Positions 12,734 to 22,315 of a stretch of 64,000 nucleotides of DNA are shown one piece after another. A program made the translations under genes and the position numbers. The number at the start of each line of letters is the position of its first letter. Positions within the stretch are counted from its first letter, which is position 1. The notes below the pieces were generated by a model that ran no database searches, was not told the origin of the DNA, and saw only the letters and a program-made list of their open reading frames with translations. The stretch is from Alphaproteobacteria bacterium (GTDB lineage Bacteria; Pseudomonadota; Alphaproteobacteria; UBA828): NCBI GenBank assembly GCA_965221125.1, contig CBDCRW010000004.1, positions 320,001 to 384,000 on the forward strand. Direction: 5' to 3'.

Positions 12734-13879
12734 GTGCCCATTCCCTTCCTCACCGGGCTGAGGGTCCTCGACCTCAGCCAGTACATTCCTGGGCCGTACG
12801 GGACGCTGATCCTCGCCGACCTCGGCGCAGAGGTGATCAAGGTCGAGCCGCCGGGCGGCGAGCCCATGCGGGGCGTGGGGCCGAAGGACGACGCCGGCGT
12901 CTCGGTCTGGTACCGGATGGTGAACGGCGGCAAGACGGTGGTCGAGATCGACCTCAAGTCCGAGGGGGGAAAACGCGACTTCCGCGCCCTGGTGGAGCGG
13001 TCGGATGCCTTTCTGGAGTCCTACCGGCCCGGCGTGCTCGACCGCCTCGGCTTCGGCCACGAAGCGCTGCACGAGATGAACTCCGGCATCGTCTCGTGCT
13101 CGCTCTCGGGCTGGGGGCTGGAGGGGCCGTATCGCCTGCGCGGCGGGCACGACATCAATTACATGGGGCTGATGGGCGGGCTGGAGCGCTCCGGCGTGCC
13201 CGAGCGGCCCGTGGTCTCCTTCCCGCCCACCGCCGACTTCGCGAGCGGCATGCAGGCCGCGCTCAGCATCATGGGCGGGCTGCTCGGCCGCAGCCGGAAC
13301 GAAGAGGGGCGGGGTTCCACCATCGACGTCAGCATCGCCGAGACCGTGCTGCCCTGGCAGGTGTGGGCGCTGAACGGGCTCTTCCACGAGGAGTGGGACG
13401 CCCGGCGCGCGGCGCAGTTCCCGAACGGCGGCGCGGCGTTCTACAACATCTACGAGACCGGCGACGGCCGCTTCATCACGCTCGGCGCGCTGGAGGACAA
13501 GTTCTGGGCCAACTTCTGCACCGCCTGCGGCCGGCCGGAGTGGATCGCGCGCCAGTGGGAGCCCCGGCCGCAGGAGGCGCTGATCGGCGAGGTGTCCGCC
13601 TTCGTGCGCGCCCACACGCTCGACGACATGAACCGGATGATGGAGGGCGTCGACTGCTGCTACGAGCCGGTCCATCGCCTGGAAGACGTGCCGGAGCATC
13701 CGCAAATCAAGGCGCGGCAGATGCTGCGCCGGCACGATGCGCCGATGCCGGCCTACGAAATCCTCTTTCCCGGCTGGATCGACGGCGAGCCCCCGCCGCC
13801 GCGCCCGCCGGTCGAATACGTCAGCGCGCCCGACGTGCTCGCCCGCTGGCAGGAATCAGCGGGTCTCGCTGCATCATGA
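12734..13879 (+). CDS. CaiB/BaiF family III CoA transferase (alpha-methylacyl-CoA racemase-like)
   Basis: [35 protein letters not shown]. Confidence 0.88.
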   Translation: MPIPFLTGLRVLDLSQYIPGPYGTLILADLGAEVIKVEPPGGEPMRGVGPKDDAGVSVWYRMVNGGKTVVEIDLKSEGGKRDFRALVERSDAFLESYRPGVLDRLGFGHEALHEMNSGIVSCSLSGWGLEGPYRLRGGHDINYMGLMGGLERSGVPERPVVSFPPTADFASGMQAALSIMGGLLGRSRNEEGRGSTIDVSIAETVLPWQVWALNGLFHEEWDARRAAQFPNGGAAFYNIYETGDGRFITLGALEDKFWANFCTACGRPEWIARQWEPRPQEALIGEVSAFVRAHTLDDMNRMMEGVDCCYEPVHRLEDVPEHPQIKARQMLRRHDAPMPAYEILFPGWIDGEPPPPRPPVEYVSAPDVLARWQESAGLAAS

Positions 13880-14163
13880 GCATCGACAAGGACACGGTGG
13901 TGCGGATCGCGCGGCTCTCGCGCATCGCCATGGAGGACGACGCGCTGGAGCCCATGGCGCAGGAGCTGAACGGCATCCTCGCCTGGGTCGAGCAGCTTGG
14001 CGAAGTCGATACCGAGGGCGTCGAGCCGATGACCGGCGCCATCGCTTCGACGCTTCCGCAGCGCGACGACAGCGCGGAGGCGGGGACCGCCACCGACGAC
14101 CTGCTGGCCAACGCGCCGAAGGCGGACGACGGCTTCTTCGTCGTGCCCAAGGTGGTCGAGTGA
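13876..14163 (+). CDS. gatC: Asp/Glu-tRNA amidotransferase subunit C
   Basis: [17 protein letters not shown]...FFVVPKVVE. Confidence 0.95.
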   Translation: MSIDKDTVVRIARLSRIAMEDDALEPMAQELNGILAWVEQLGEVDTEGVEPMTGAIASTLPQRDDSAEAGTATDDLLANAPKADDGFFVVPKVVE

Positions 14164-15647
14164 GCGCGCTCACCCGGCTCACCATCGCCGCTGCCCGCGC
14201 CGGGCTCGCCGCGCACGAATTCTCGGCGCGCGAGCTGGTGGATGCGCACATCGCGGCGATCGAAGGCGAGCGCGACCTCAACGCCTTCGTCGCCGAGACC
14301 TTCGACGCCGCGCGCGCCGGGGCGGACGATGCCGATGCGCGCCTCGCGGCGGGCGAGGGGCGGCTGCTGGAGGGCATCCCGCTCGCCGTCAAGGACCTCT
14401 TCTGCACCCGCGGCGTCCGCAGCCAGGCCTGCTCGAAAATCCTCGACGGCTTCGCGCCCCCTTACGAATCCACCGTCACCGCCAATCTCTGGGCGGCCGG
14501 CGCGCTCATGCTGGGCAAGACCAACATGGACGAGTTCGCCATGGGCTCGGCCAACGTCACCAGCGCCGACGGCCCGGTGATCAACCCCTGGCGGCGCAAG
14601 GGAGACGACAAGCCGCTGGTGCCGGGCGGAAGCTCCGGCGGCTCGGCGGCGGCGGTTGCCGCGCGGCTCTGCCTGGGTGCCACCGGCACCGATACCGGCG
14701 GCTCGATCCGCCAGCCGGGGGCCTTCTGCGGCATCGTCGGCATGAAACCGACCTATGGCCGATGCTCGCGCTGGGGGATGATCGCCTTCGCCTCCTCGCT
14801 CGACCAGGCGGGGCCGCTCACCCGGACGGTCGAGGATGCCGCGCTGATGCTGCAGGCGATGGCGGGCCACGACGGCAAGGATTCCACCTCCATCGACCGC
14901 CCGGTCCCCGACTACGCGGCGAGCGTCGGCGGCGACGTGCGCGGCCTCACCATCGGCGTGCCGGCGGAATACCGGATGGAGGGCATGCCGGCGGAGATCG
15001 AGGCGCTCTGGGAGGAGGGCGTGCAGTGGTTCCGCGATGCGGGTGCCAAGGTCGTGGACATCTCTCTGCCGCTCACCAAGTACGCGCTCCCCACCTACTA
15101 CATCGTGGCACCGGCGGAGGCGTCGTCCAATCTCGCGCGCTATGACGGGGTCCGCTACGGGCTCCGTGTCGAGGGCGACGACCCGACCGAGATGTACGCG
15201 AAGACGCGGGCGGCGGGTTTCGGGCGCGAGGTCCGGCGCCGCATCCTGATCGGCACCTACGTTCTCTCCGCCGGCTACTACGACGCCTACTACCTGAAGG
15301 CGCAGAAGGTGCGGACGCTCATCGCGCGCGACTTCGAGCAGGCGTTCGAGAGCGTGGACGCGGTGCTGACGCCGACCGCGCCGTTCGCCGCCTTCGCCAT
15401 CGGCGAGAAGATGGACGACCCCATCGCCATGTACCTGAACGACGTGTTCACGGTGCCGGCGAGCCTCGCGGGCCTGCCCGCGATCTCGGTGCCGGCGGGG
15501 CTCACGGGCGACGGGCTGCCGCTCGGCCTGCACCTGATCGCGCGGCCTTTCGACGAGCCGACGCTCTTCCGCGCGGCCGGCGTGCTGGAGAGCGCCGCCG
15601 GCTTCAGCCACCGCCCGCCTGCGCGCCCGGCCGGAGGGGCGGCATGA
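14160..15647 (+). CDS. gatA: Asp/Glu-tRNA amidotransferase subunit A
   Basis: [35 protein letters not shown]. Confidence 0.97.
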   Translation: MSALTRLTIAAARAGLAAHEFSARELVDAHIAAIEGERDLNAFVAETFDAARAGADDADARLAAGEGRLLEGIPLAVKDLFCTRGVRSQACSKILDGFAPPYESTVTANLWAAGALMLGKTNMDEFAMGSANVTSADGPVINPWRRKGDDKPLVPGGSSGGSAAAVAARLCLGATGTDTGGSIRQPGAFCGIVGMKPTYGRCSRWGMIAFASSLDQAGPLTRTVEDAALMLQAMAGHDGKDSTSIDRPVPDYAASVGGDVRGLTIGVPAEYRMEGMPAEIEALWEEGVQWFRDAGAKVVDISLPLTKYALPTYYIVAPAEASSNLARYDGVRYGLRVEGDDPTEMYAKTRAAGFGREVRRRILIGTYVLSAGYYDAYYLKAQKVRTLIARDFEQAFESVDAVLTPTAPFAAFAIGEKMDDPIAMYLNDVFTVPASLAGLPAISVPAGLTGDGLPLGLHLIARPFDEPTLFRAAGVLESAAGFSHRPPARPAGGAA

Positions 15648-17107
15648 GCGCGGGCGGCTACCGGATCGCGGGCCGGAGCGGCGCGTGGGAGATCGCCGTC
15701 GGGCTCGAGGTCCACGCCCAGGTGATCTCGGACGCGAAGCTGTTCTCGTCCGCGCCCACCGCCTTCGGCGCCGCGCCCAACAGCCAGGTCTCGCTCGTCG
15801 ATGCCGCGATGCCCGGCATGCTGCCGGTGATCAACCGCCACTGCGTGACGCAGGCCGTGCGCACCGGGCTCGCGCTGGAAGCCGAGATCAACCTGACCTC
15901 GGTGTTCGACCGCAAGAACTACTTTTATCCCGACCTGCCGCCCGGCTATCAGATCTCGCAGTATTCTCGGCCCATCGTGGGCAAGGGCCGGGTCGTGCTC
16001 GACCTCGACGACGGGTCGCAGCGGACCATCGGCATCACCCGGCTGCACCTGGAGATGGACGCCGGCAAGAGCATCCACGACCGCCGCGCGGACGCGACCT
16101 GCGTGGACCTCAACCGCGCCGGCGTCGCGCTGATGGAGATCGTCTCGGAGCCCGACGTCAGGAGCCCGGAGGAAGCCGGCCTCTACCTGCGCAAGCTGCG
16201 CTCGATCCTCCGCTACATCGGCACCTGCGACGGCAACATGGAGCAGGGCTCGCTGCGCGCGGACGTGAACGTCTCGGTGCGCCGGCCGGGGGACGCGCTG
16301 GGCACCCGCTGCGAGGTCAAGAACCTCAACTCCGTCCGCTTCGTCATGAAGGCGATCGAGGTCGAGGCCGAGCGCCAGGTCGCGGTGCTGGAGGAGGGCG
16401 GCGCGATCGAGCTGGAGACCCGCCTCTTCGATCCGGAGCGCGGCGAGACGCGCTCCATGCGCTCCAAGGAGGAAGCCCACGACTACCGCTACTTCCCCGA
16501 TCCCGACCTGCTGCCGCTCACCCTCGACCCCGCCTGGGTCGACGAGCAGCGCGCGGGGCTGCCGGAGCTGCCCGACGCGAGGGCGGCGCGCTTCACGGCG
16601 GACTACGGCCTCTCGGCTTACGACGCCGGCGTGCTCGTGGCGGAGCGCGAGATCGCCGAGTACTTCGAGGCGGTGGCTGCCGGGCGCGACGGCAAGCAGG
16701 CCGCCAATTGGGTCACGGGCACGCTCTTCGGCGCGCTCAACCGGGCCGGCATCGGGATCGAGCAGAGCCCGGTCTCGGCGGCGGCCCTCGGCGCGCTGAT
16801 CGACCGGGTGGCGGACGGCACGGTCTCCAACCGCGCGGCCAGGGACGTGTTCGAGGCCATGGTGTCTTCCGGCAAGGACGCCGACACCATTATCGAGGAG
16901 AAGGGGCTCCGCCAGGTCAGCGACACGGGCGCCATCGAGGCGCTGGTCGATCGGGTGATCGCCGAGAACCCCGACAAGGTCGCCGACTACCGCGGCGGCA
17001 GGACGAAGCTCGCGGGCTGGTTCGTCGGCCAGGTGATGAAGGCCTCCGCCGGCAAGGCCAACCCCAAGGCGGTCAACGCGGCGCTGCGGGCGAAGCTCGA
17101 CGAATAG
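15644..17107 (+). CDS. gatB: Asp/Glu-tRNA amidotransferase subunit B
   Basis: [28 protein letters not shown]. Confidence 0.97.
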   Translation: MSAGGYRIAGRSGAWEIAVGLEVHAQVISDAKLFSSAPTAFGAAPNSQVSLVDAAMPGMLPVINRHCVTQAVRTGLALEAEINLTSVFDRKNYFYPDLPPGYQISQYSRPIVGKGRVVLDLDDGSQRTIGITRLHLEMDAGKSIHDRRADATCVDLNRAGVALMEIVSEPDVRSPEEAGLYLRKLRSILRYIGTCDGNMEQGSLRADVNVSVRRPGDALGTRCEVKNLNSVRFVMKAIEVEAERQVAVLEEGGAIELETRLFDPERGETRSMRSKEEAHDYRYFPDPDLLPLTLDPAWVDEQRAGLPELPDARAARFTADYGLSAYDAGVLVAEREIAEYFEAVAAGRDGKQAANWVTGTLFGALNRAGIGIEQSPVSAAALGALIDRVADGTVSNRAARDVFEAMVSSGKDADTIIEEKGLRQVSDTGAIEALVDRVIAENPDKVADYRGGRTKLAGWFVGQVMKASAGKANPKAVNAALRAKLDE

Positions 17108-17142
17108 GCGGCCGGCGCCGGCCGCGCAGACGGGATTGACGC

Positions 17143-18051
17143 ATGTTCCTGCCGCTCAGGGACGACAATCCGCTTCACCGGATCGGCTTTCAGTTCGTGA
17201 CGGTGGCGTTGATCGCCGCCTGCACCATCGTCTGGATCATCCAGGCCATCGGCGGCGATCAGTTCGATTCCGAGCTGATCTTCCGCCTCGGTATGATCCC
17301 GGTGACGATCCTCGGCGAGCTTCGCCGCGAGCCCGACATGGTGACCGTGACGCCCTGGCTCACCATCGTCACGTCCATGTTCCTGCACGGGGGCTTCATG
17401 CACCTGTTCGGCAACATGATGTACCTCTGGATTTTCGGCGACAACGTCGAAGACGCGATGGGCCACTGGCGCTTCGCGATCTTCTACCTGCTGTGCGGCG
17501 CGGTGGCGGGGCTGACGCATGCTGCCGTCGAGCCCGCCTCGCAGATCCCCACCATCGGCGCGAGCGGCGCGGTCTCCGGCGTGCTCGGCGCCTACTTCAT
17601 GCTGCACCCGAAGCGGGGCGTCTGGATCCTCGTCTTCTTCATGCCGATCCGCTTCCCCGCCTGGGCCGTGCTCGGAGTCTGGATCGGCTACCAGGTGCTC
17701 AACGCGCTCACCGCAGGGCCGGCGGGCGGCGGGGTCGCGTGGTACGCCCATATCGGCGGCTTCGCGGCGGGCGCGCTGCTGGTGGTGCCGCTCAAGAAGC
17801 GCGGCGTGCCGCTCTTCGACCGGGGTTACAGCCGCCCGCGCCGGCGGACGCCCTACCAGCCGCCGCCCGAGGCCGAGACCCCCGGAATGGGACCGTGGGA
17901 GGAGCAGCCTCCCGATCCCGAAGCCGACGGCGATGCGCCGTGGCAGGAGCCGCCTGCCGCCCGGCCCAACGGCGGCGATCCGCAGGACCGGAGCGGCTCG
18001 CGCGGCCCCTGGGGCCGGCGGCCCCGTGGCCCCTGGTCGCGAAAGGACTGA
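17143..18051 (+). CDS. Rhomboid family intramembrane serine protease with Pro-rich C-terminal tail
   Basis: FLHGGFMHLFGNM, GASGAVSG, AHIGGF. Confidence 0.92.
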   Translation: MFLPLRDDNPLHRIGFQFVTVALIAACTIVWIIQAIGGDQFDSELIFRLGMIPVTILGELRREPDMVTVTPWLTIVTSMFLHGGFMHLFGNMMYLWIFGDNVEDAMGHWRFAIFYLLCGAVAGLTHAAVEPASQIPTIGASGAVSGVLGAYFMLHPKRGVWILVFFMPIRFPAWAVLGVWIGYQVLNALTAGPAGGGVAWYAHIGGFAAGALLVVPLKKRGVPLFDRGYSRPRRRTPYQPPPEAETPGMGPWEEQPPDPEADGDAPWQEPPAARPNGGDPQDRSGSRGPWGRRPRGPWSRKD

Positions 18052-18054
18052 GCG

Positions 18055-18261
18055 GTGAGCGCGGGGAAGAAGAGCGACTACTTCGCCGAGCGCATCCGGG
18101 CCGAGCTTGCCTTCGCGCGTTCTCGCGGCGCGCGCGACGCGGAGGCGCTGGCGGAGCACCTCAACGCGCGCGGCTTCCTTACCCGCGACGGGCGCCGGTG
18201 GACGCCTGAGGATGTCGAAGCCGCGACCCGCCGGCCGCCCAGGCAGAAGCCGGGAGACTGA
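18055..18261 (+). CDS. Small protein resembling the recombinase-type DNA-binding helix domain
   Basis: LAEHLNARGFLTRDGRRWT; fits exactly between rhomboid stop and convergent gene. Confidence 0.55.
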   Translation: MSAGKKSDYFAERIRAELAFARSRGARDAEALAEHLNARGFLTRDGRRWTPEDVEAATRRPPRQKPGD

Positions 18262-18266
18262 CTGCG

Positions 18267-19970
18267 CTACTCCGCGGCTTGGGCGGCGTGGCCGTAGCGC
18301 TCGGCGGCGGCGGCCCGGGATACGAAGCCTTCGGCCACGTCGTCCTCCACCAGCGCGCGCTCCCGTTCGGCCACGGGGCCGTATCCCCCGCCACCGCCTG
18401 AGAGCAGGCGCACCCGGTCGCCGCGGCGGATGGAGACGTTGCCGAACTTGCTGGGCGAGACCTTGTCGTAGCCCTCGCACACGTCCTTCCACTCGGTCTC
18501 GTTCGCCTTCTTCACGAGCAGCGCGGCCGAGCCCCCGGCGCCGCCGCCGAGCAGGCCCCACGGCGCCTTGCGGTGGCGGTCGGCCATGTAGCTGATGATG
18601 ATCTCGTCGGCCGTGCATTCCAGCGTCTTGGTCGAGCCGAGGCCGCCCCGGTACTTGCCGGCGCCGCCCGAATCCTCGGTGAGCGAGAGCGTCTCCACGA
18701 TCCAGGGATAGCGGCTCTCGTAGACCTCGACCGGCACCGTGCGACAGTTGCCGTTGATGCAGTTGCACGTGTTGTTGCCGTCGGCGAAGGGGCGCCCGCC
18801 CCAGCCCGCGACCATGAAGTCGTAGCAGACGTAGAACTCGTCGTTCTCGGGGTCGTGGCCGCCGAAGAGGAAGTTGCCGTGGGTGCCGGCATCGGTGGCG
18901 AACGCGCGCTCCGGCAGGCAGCGGGACATCGCGGCGATCACCGTGTAGCAGATGCGCACGTGGGTCTCCGTGTTGCCGCCCACCTCGGGCGCCGGGAAGT
19001 CCACGTTGACCACCGTGGCCGGCCGCGCGAGCACGCGGATCGGCCGGTAGCAGCCGGCGTTGCGCGGGATCGAGGGGTCGGTCAGGTGCAGCATGGCGTT
19101 GTAGGTGGCGGAGCAGGTGACGCCGAGGGTGGCGTTGATCGCGCCCTTGGCCTGCGCGTCCGAGCGGCCGAAGTCGGCGACGATCTCGTCCCCCTGCACC
19201 ACCATGTCGACGGCGATGCGGTAAGGCGTCGGGTCGATCCCGTCGTCCTCCATGTAGTCCTCGAAGGAGTACGTGCCATCGGGGATCGCCGCGATCTCGG
19301 CCCGCATGCGGGATTCGGAATAGTCCATGAGGTCGGCGATCGTCTGCCGGAAGAGCGGCTTGCCGTACTTCCTGATGAGTCCGGCCATGCGCTCGGCGCC
19401 GAGCTCGCAGGCGCTGATCATGGAGCGGTAGTCGCCGTAGTTGTAGCGCGGCGTGCGGACGTTCGCGAGCAGGAGCTTCCACACCTCGTCCACGTCCTTG
19501 CCCTGCTTCTTGATCTTGACCGGGGGCACGCGCAGGCCCTCGTGGAAGATCTCCGTCGCCTCGCTGGCGAAGCCGCCCGGCACCATGCCGCCCACCTCGG
19601 CGACGTGGCCGATTGCCACCGCGTAGCCCATGAACTCGCCGTCAACGAAGAAGGGCGTGAAGAAGGTGTGCTCCGGCGTGTGCAGGCCTCCCCGGTAAGG
19701 GTCGTTGTGCAGGATGACGTCGCCCTCGTGCACCGGCTTGTCGGCCATCTCGCGGATGCAGGACTTGATGAGCAGCGTCATGCCGCCGATCTGCGCCGGG
19801 CAGTAGTCGGCGACCGCGATCATCTCGCCGTCGGCGTCCGCGATAGCGCAGCTGAAGTCGAGGGACTCGTTGAAGATCGTCGAGTACGACGTCTTCATCA
19901 TGGTGATCCCCATCTCCCGGCAGATCGAGAGCATCGTCGATTCGACGATGTTCATGGTGACGACGTCCAT
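18267..19970 (-). CDS. Hydantoinase B / oxoprolinase family protein
   Basis: TSYSTIFNESLDFSCA, NDPYRGGLHTPE, EIFHEGLRVPPVK, SGGAGKYRGG, GGGGGYG; GGAGGA RBS. Confidence 0.92.
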   Translation of the reverse strand: MDVVTMNIVESTMLSICREMGITMMKTSYSTIFNESLDFSCAIADADGEMIAVADYCPAQIGGMTLLIKSCIREMADKPVHEGDVILHNDPYRGGLHTPEHTFFTPFFVDGEFMGYAVAIGHVAEVGGMVPGGFASEATEIFHEGLRVPPVKIKKQGKDVDEVWKLLLANVRTPRYNYGDYRSMISACELGAERMAGLIRKYGKPLFRQTIADLMDYSESRMRAEIAAIPDGTYSFEDYMEDDGIDPTPYRIAVDMVVQGDEIVADFGRSDAQAKGAINATLGVTCSATYNAMLHLTDPSIPRNAGCYRPIRVLARPATVVNVDFPAPEVGGNTETHVRICYTVIAAMSRCLPERAFATDAGTHGNFLFGGHDPENDEFYVCYDFMVAGWGGRPFADGNNTCNCINGNCRTVPVEVYESRYPWIVETLSLTEDSGGAGKYRGGLGSTKTLECTADEIIISYMADRHRKAPWGLLGGGAGGSAALLVKKANETEWKDVCEGYDKVSPSKFGNVSIRRGDRVRLLSGGGGGYGPVAERERALVEDDVAEGFVSRAAAAERYGHAAQAAE

Positions 19971-20076
19971 GGGCTCCTCCGCGTCGGTCGGCGCACCTGC
20001 CGGTGCGACACTCCGCCCGATCATTCTAGCGGGCACGGAAGGCGGCGCCCAAGGCTGGCAGTTGCCCGAAGGATGC

Positions 20077-20573
20077 CCTCATTCTCCGAGTGGTTCCTGT
20101 TGTGTGCCGGGATTGACGTCTTGCTTCTCCGGGTTATGGGTTCGGGGCGTTGACGGCGCACGGCGGTGTGCCGGCGCTGTTCGAGCATTTTCGCAGCTCA
20201 GGCGCTGCGGCGGCGGTTGACGTGTCGGTTCCGTACAAGCGTCGCAAGCGGGATCTTTCGGCGAGCGAGATGTGCGAGAGCCTGCTGGCACTGTGGGCCT
20301 GTGGGGGCGAGCCGTGCGAGGACCTGGGTCGTCTGCGCGGTCAGGACGGGTTAGGGCTTCTGTTGGGTCACGGGTTGCCGGCGGCGCAGACGGCCCGGCC
20401 TGCGAACAGTCGCCCATGGCCCGAGCCCGGCGCTGCCGCGCCCATCAGCGCCATCGGGACCGATCCAGGGCGGCCGAGAGGGCGCACCGCCGCCTCCCAA
20501 TCCGCCAACCGCGAAATCTCACGGCCAAAAGCCAAGCAAGCCAACCCGCCAACACCTTACTCGGGGAGTAAGG
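20077..20573 (+). mobile_element. Internally deleted IS1380-like element
   Basis: Imperfect terminal inverted repeats CCTCATTCTCCGAGT (20077-20091) and ACTCGGGGAGTAAGG (20559-20573), 12/15 match, enclosing a transposase fragment. Confidence 0.65.
20150..20398 (+). pseudogene. IS1380-family transposase N-terminal fragment
   Basis: LTAHGGVPALFEHFR...ESLLALWACGGEPCEDL...LPAAQTAR; similarity lost after 20398, no DDE core. Confidence 0.7.
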
Positions 20574-20671
20574 TCCCTCTCGGCGGCGATCCGTCAGGGC
20601 GTCGGTCACGGGGAGCCGGGCGTGGGCCCGCTATCAGTTGCGCGTATTGATTGAGGGGGAGTGGGGTCAGA

Positions 20672-21147
20672 TGCAACCCGTCGATCTGCTTCGGGGTCGA
20701 TTCCTACGTGGGCTCGATCACGCCGGGGAAGCTTGCGGACCTGGTGTTCTGGCGGCCCGAGTTCTTCATCGCGAAGCCCGAGGTGACGCTGAAGGGGGCT
20801 TCATCTCGCACGCGGTGATGGGGGACCCGGCAGGCTCGCTGATGACGGGCCAGCCGCTCAAGTACCGGCCGCAGTACGGCTCGCTCGGCGTGAACCCGAA
20901 GCGGACGAGCTATTCGTTCGTGACGAAGGCCGCGCTCGACAACGGCCTCGCGGACCAGATCGAGACGCAGACGCTCGTGCCGGTGAAGCGGTGCCGGACG
21001 ATCTCCAAGCGCGACATGATCCACAACGACGCGCTGCCGGATATCGAGATCGACCCCGAGACCTACAACGTCTACGTCGACGGCGAGCGCATCACCGTGA
21101 AGCCCGCCAAGACGCTCCCGCTCACGCAGCTCTTCTACTTCAGGTAG
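20672..21147 (+). pseudogene. ureC: Urease alpha subunit 3' fragment with a frameshift
   Basis: [32 protein letters not shown]...LKG in one frame, [11 protein letters not shown]...IEIDPETYNVYVDGE in another; break at G5 run 20794-20798. Confidence 0.85.
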
Positions 21148-21330
21148 AAGACGGCAACCCAAACGGCACGCGCGATGGCGGTGGATTGCATCGCGGCGGT
21201 CGCAGCGCTCACACGGCGGAGCGTCGGCTTCCGCTGCGCCTTTCGCCTCGGATAAACCGCCCGGCCCATTGTCTCGTGTCGTTCGGCCTGCGCACGCTTG
21301 CCATCGGATCCGACGGAATGGAGCCCGCGC

Positions 21331-22236
21331 CTAACGGACGCTGCCGCCTTGCAGTCTGTCGGAAAGGTCGTGTCGGGCTTCGCCCCGGTCTACCTCCGGC
21401 CCGTATCGAGCGAGGCGCCGCTCCATGATCTCCACCGCTTCCGGGCTGTCGTCGACCAGGAGGCACGAGCGGCCGTGCCTGGCGGCGGCTTCGCCGAAGG
21501 TGCCGGAGCCCGCGAAGAAATCCAGCAGCCGATCGCCCGGCGACGAGTGGACCTTGACGATGCGCTCCAGCAGCCCGAGCGGCTTCTGGGTGGCGTAGCC
21601 GGTCTTCTCCTTCGAGTTGGTCGGCACGATGGTGTGCCACCAGACGTCGGTCGGTGTCTTGCCCTTCGCCGCCTTCTCGGCCCCCACCAGCGCCGGCGCC
21701 ATGTAGGGGATGCGGTCGATCTCTTCGAAGTTGAAGGTGTATTCTGCCGGGTCCTTCGCGTACCAGAGAATGGTGTCGTGCTTGGCCGGCCAGCGGTTCT
21801 TGGGACGCCCACCGTAGTCGTAGGCCCAGATGATTTCGTTGATAAAGCACTCGCGGCCGAAGATGCCGTCGAGCAGCACCTTGCAGTAGTGCGCCTCGCG
21901 GTAATCGATGTGGAAGAAGAGCGAGCCCGTGGCGGCCAGCACGCGGTGGGCTTCCACCAGACGCGGCTCGAGGAAGGACAGGTAGTCGTCGAAGCTGTCG
22001 GCGTAGCCGGTGGCGCCCACGGTCGTCGTTCGGTAGCGCCTGCCCTGAAAGCCGGTCCGGTCGCCTGCCGCATCCCGTTCAGAGCGGATCGTGACCCGGT
22101 TCCGGGCCCGGCCGGTGTTGAACGGCGGATCGATGTAGATCAGGTCGATGCTGCCTGAGGCGAGCGAACGCAGAACCGTCAGGTTGTCGCCGTGGACGAT
22201 CCGCAGCGTCGCGCCATCCGTTCCGCCATGCTCCAT
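21331..22236 (-). CDS. Site-specific DNA methyltransferase (N6A/N4C, beta class)
   Basis: DLIYIDPPFN before YATQKP and DFFAGSGT. Confidence 0.92.
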   Translation of the reverse strand: MEHGGTDGATLRIVHGDNLTVLRSLASGSIDLIYIDPPFNTGRARNRVTIRSERDAAGDRTGFQGRRYRTTTVGATGYADSFDDYLSFLEPRLVEAHRVLAATGSLFFHIDYREAHYCKVLLDGIFGRECFINEIIWAYDYGGRPKNRWPAKHDTILWYAKDPAEYTFNFEEIDRIPYMAPALVGAEKAAKGKTPTDVWWHTIVPTNSKEKTGYATQKPLGLLERIVKVHSSPGDRLLDFFAGSGTFGEAAARHGRSCLLVDDSPEAVEIMERRLARYGPEVDRGEARHDLSDRLQGGSVR

Positions 22237-22315
22237 GACAGGCGCAAAGTGGCCCAGCGCCGCGCCCGACGCAACGCACTGCGTGCGGGAGGAGACTTTC
22301 GCCGACGCGACTGGC

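Noticed and set aside
20638-21147. Track ORF of 169 aa as an intact gene
   Set aside because: Its N-terminal part is out-of-frame sequence; the urease similarity continues in another frame
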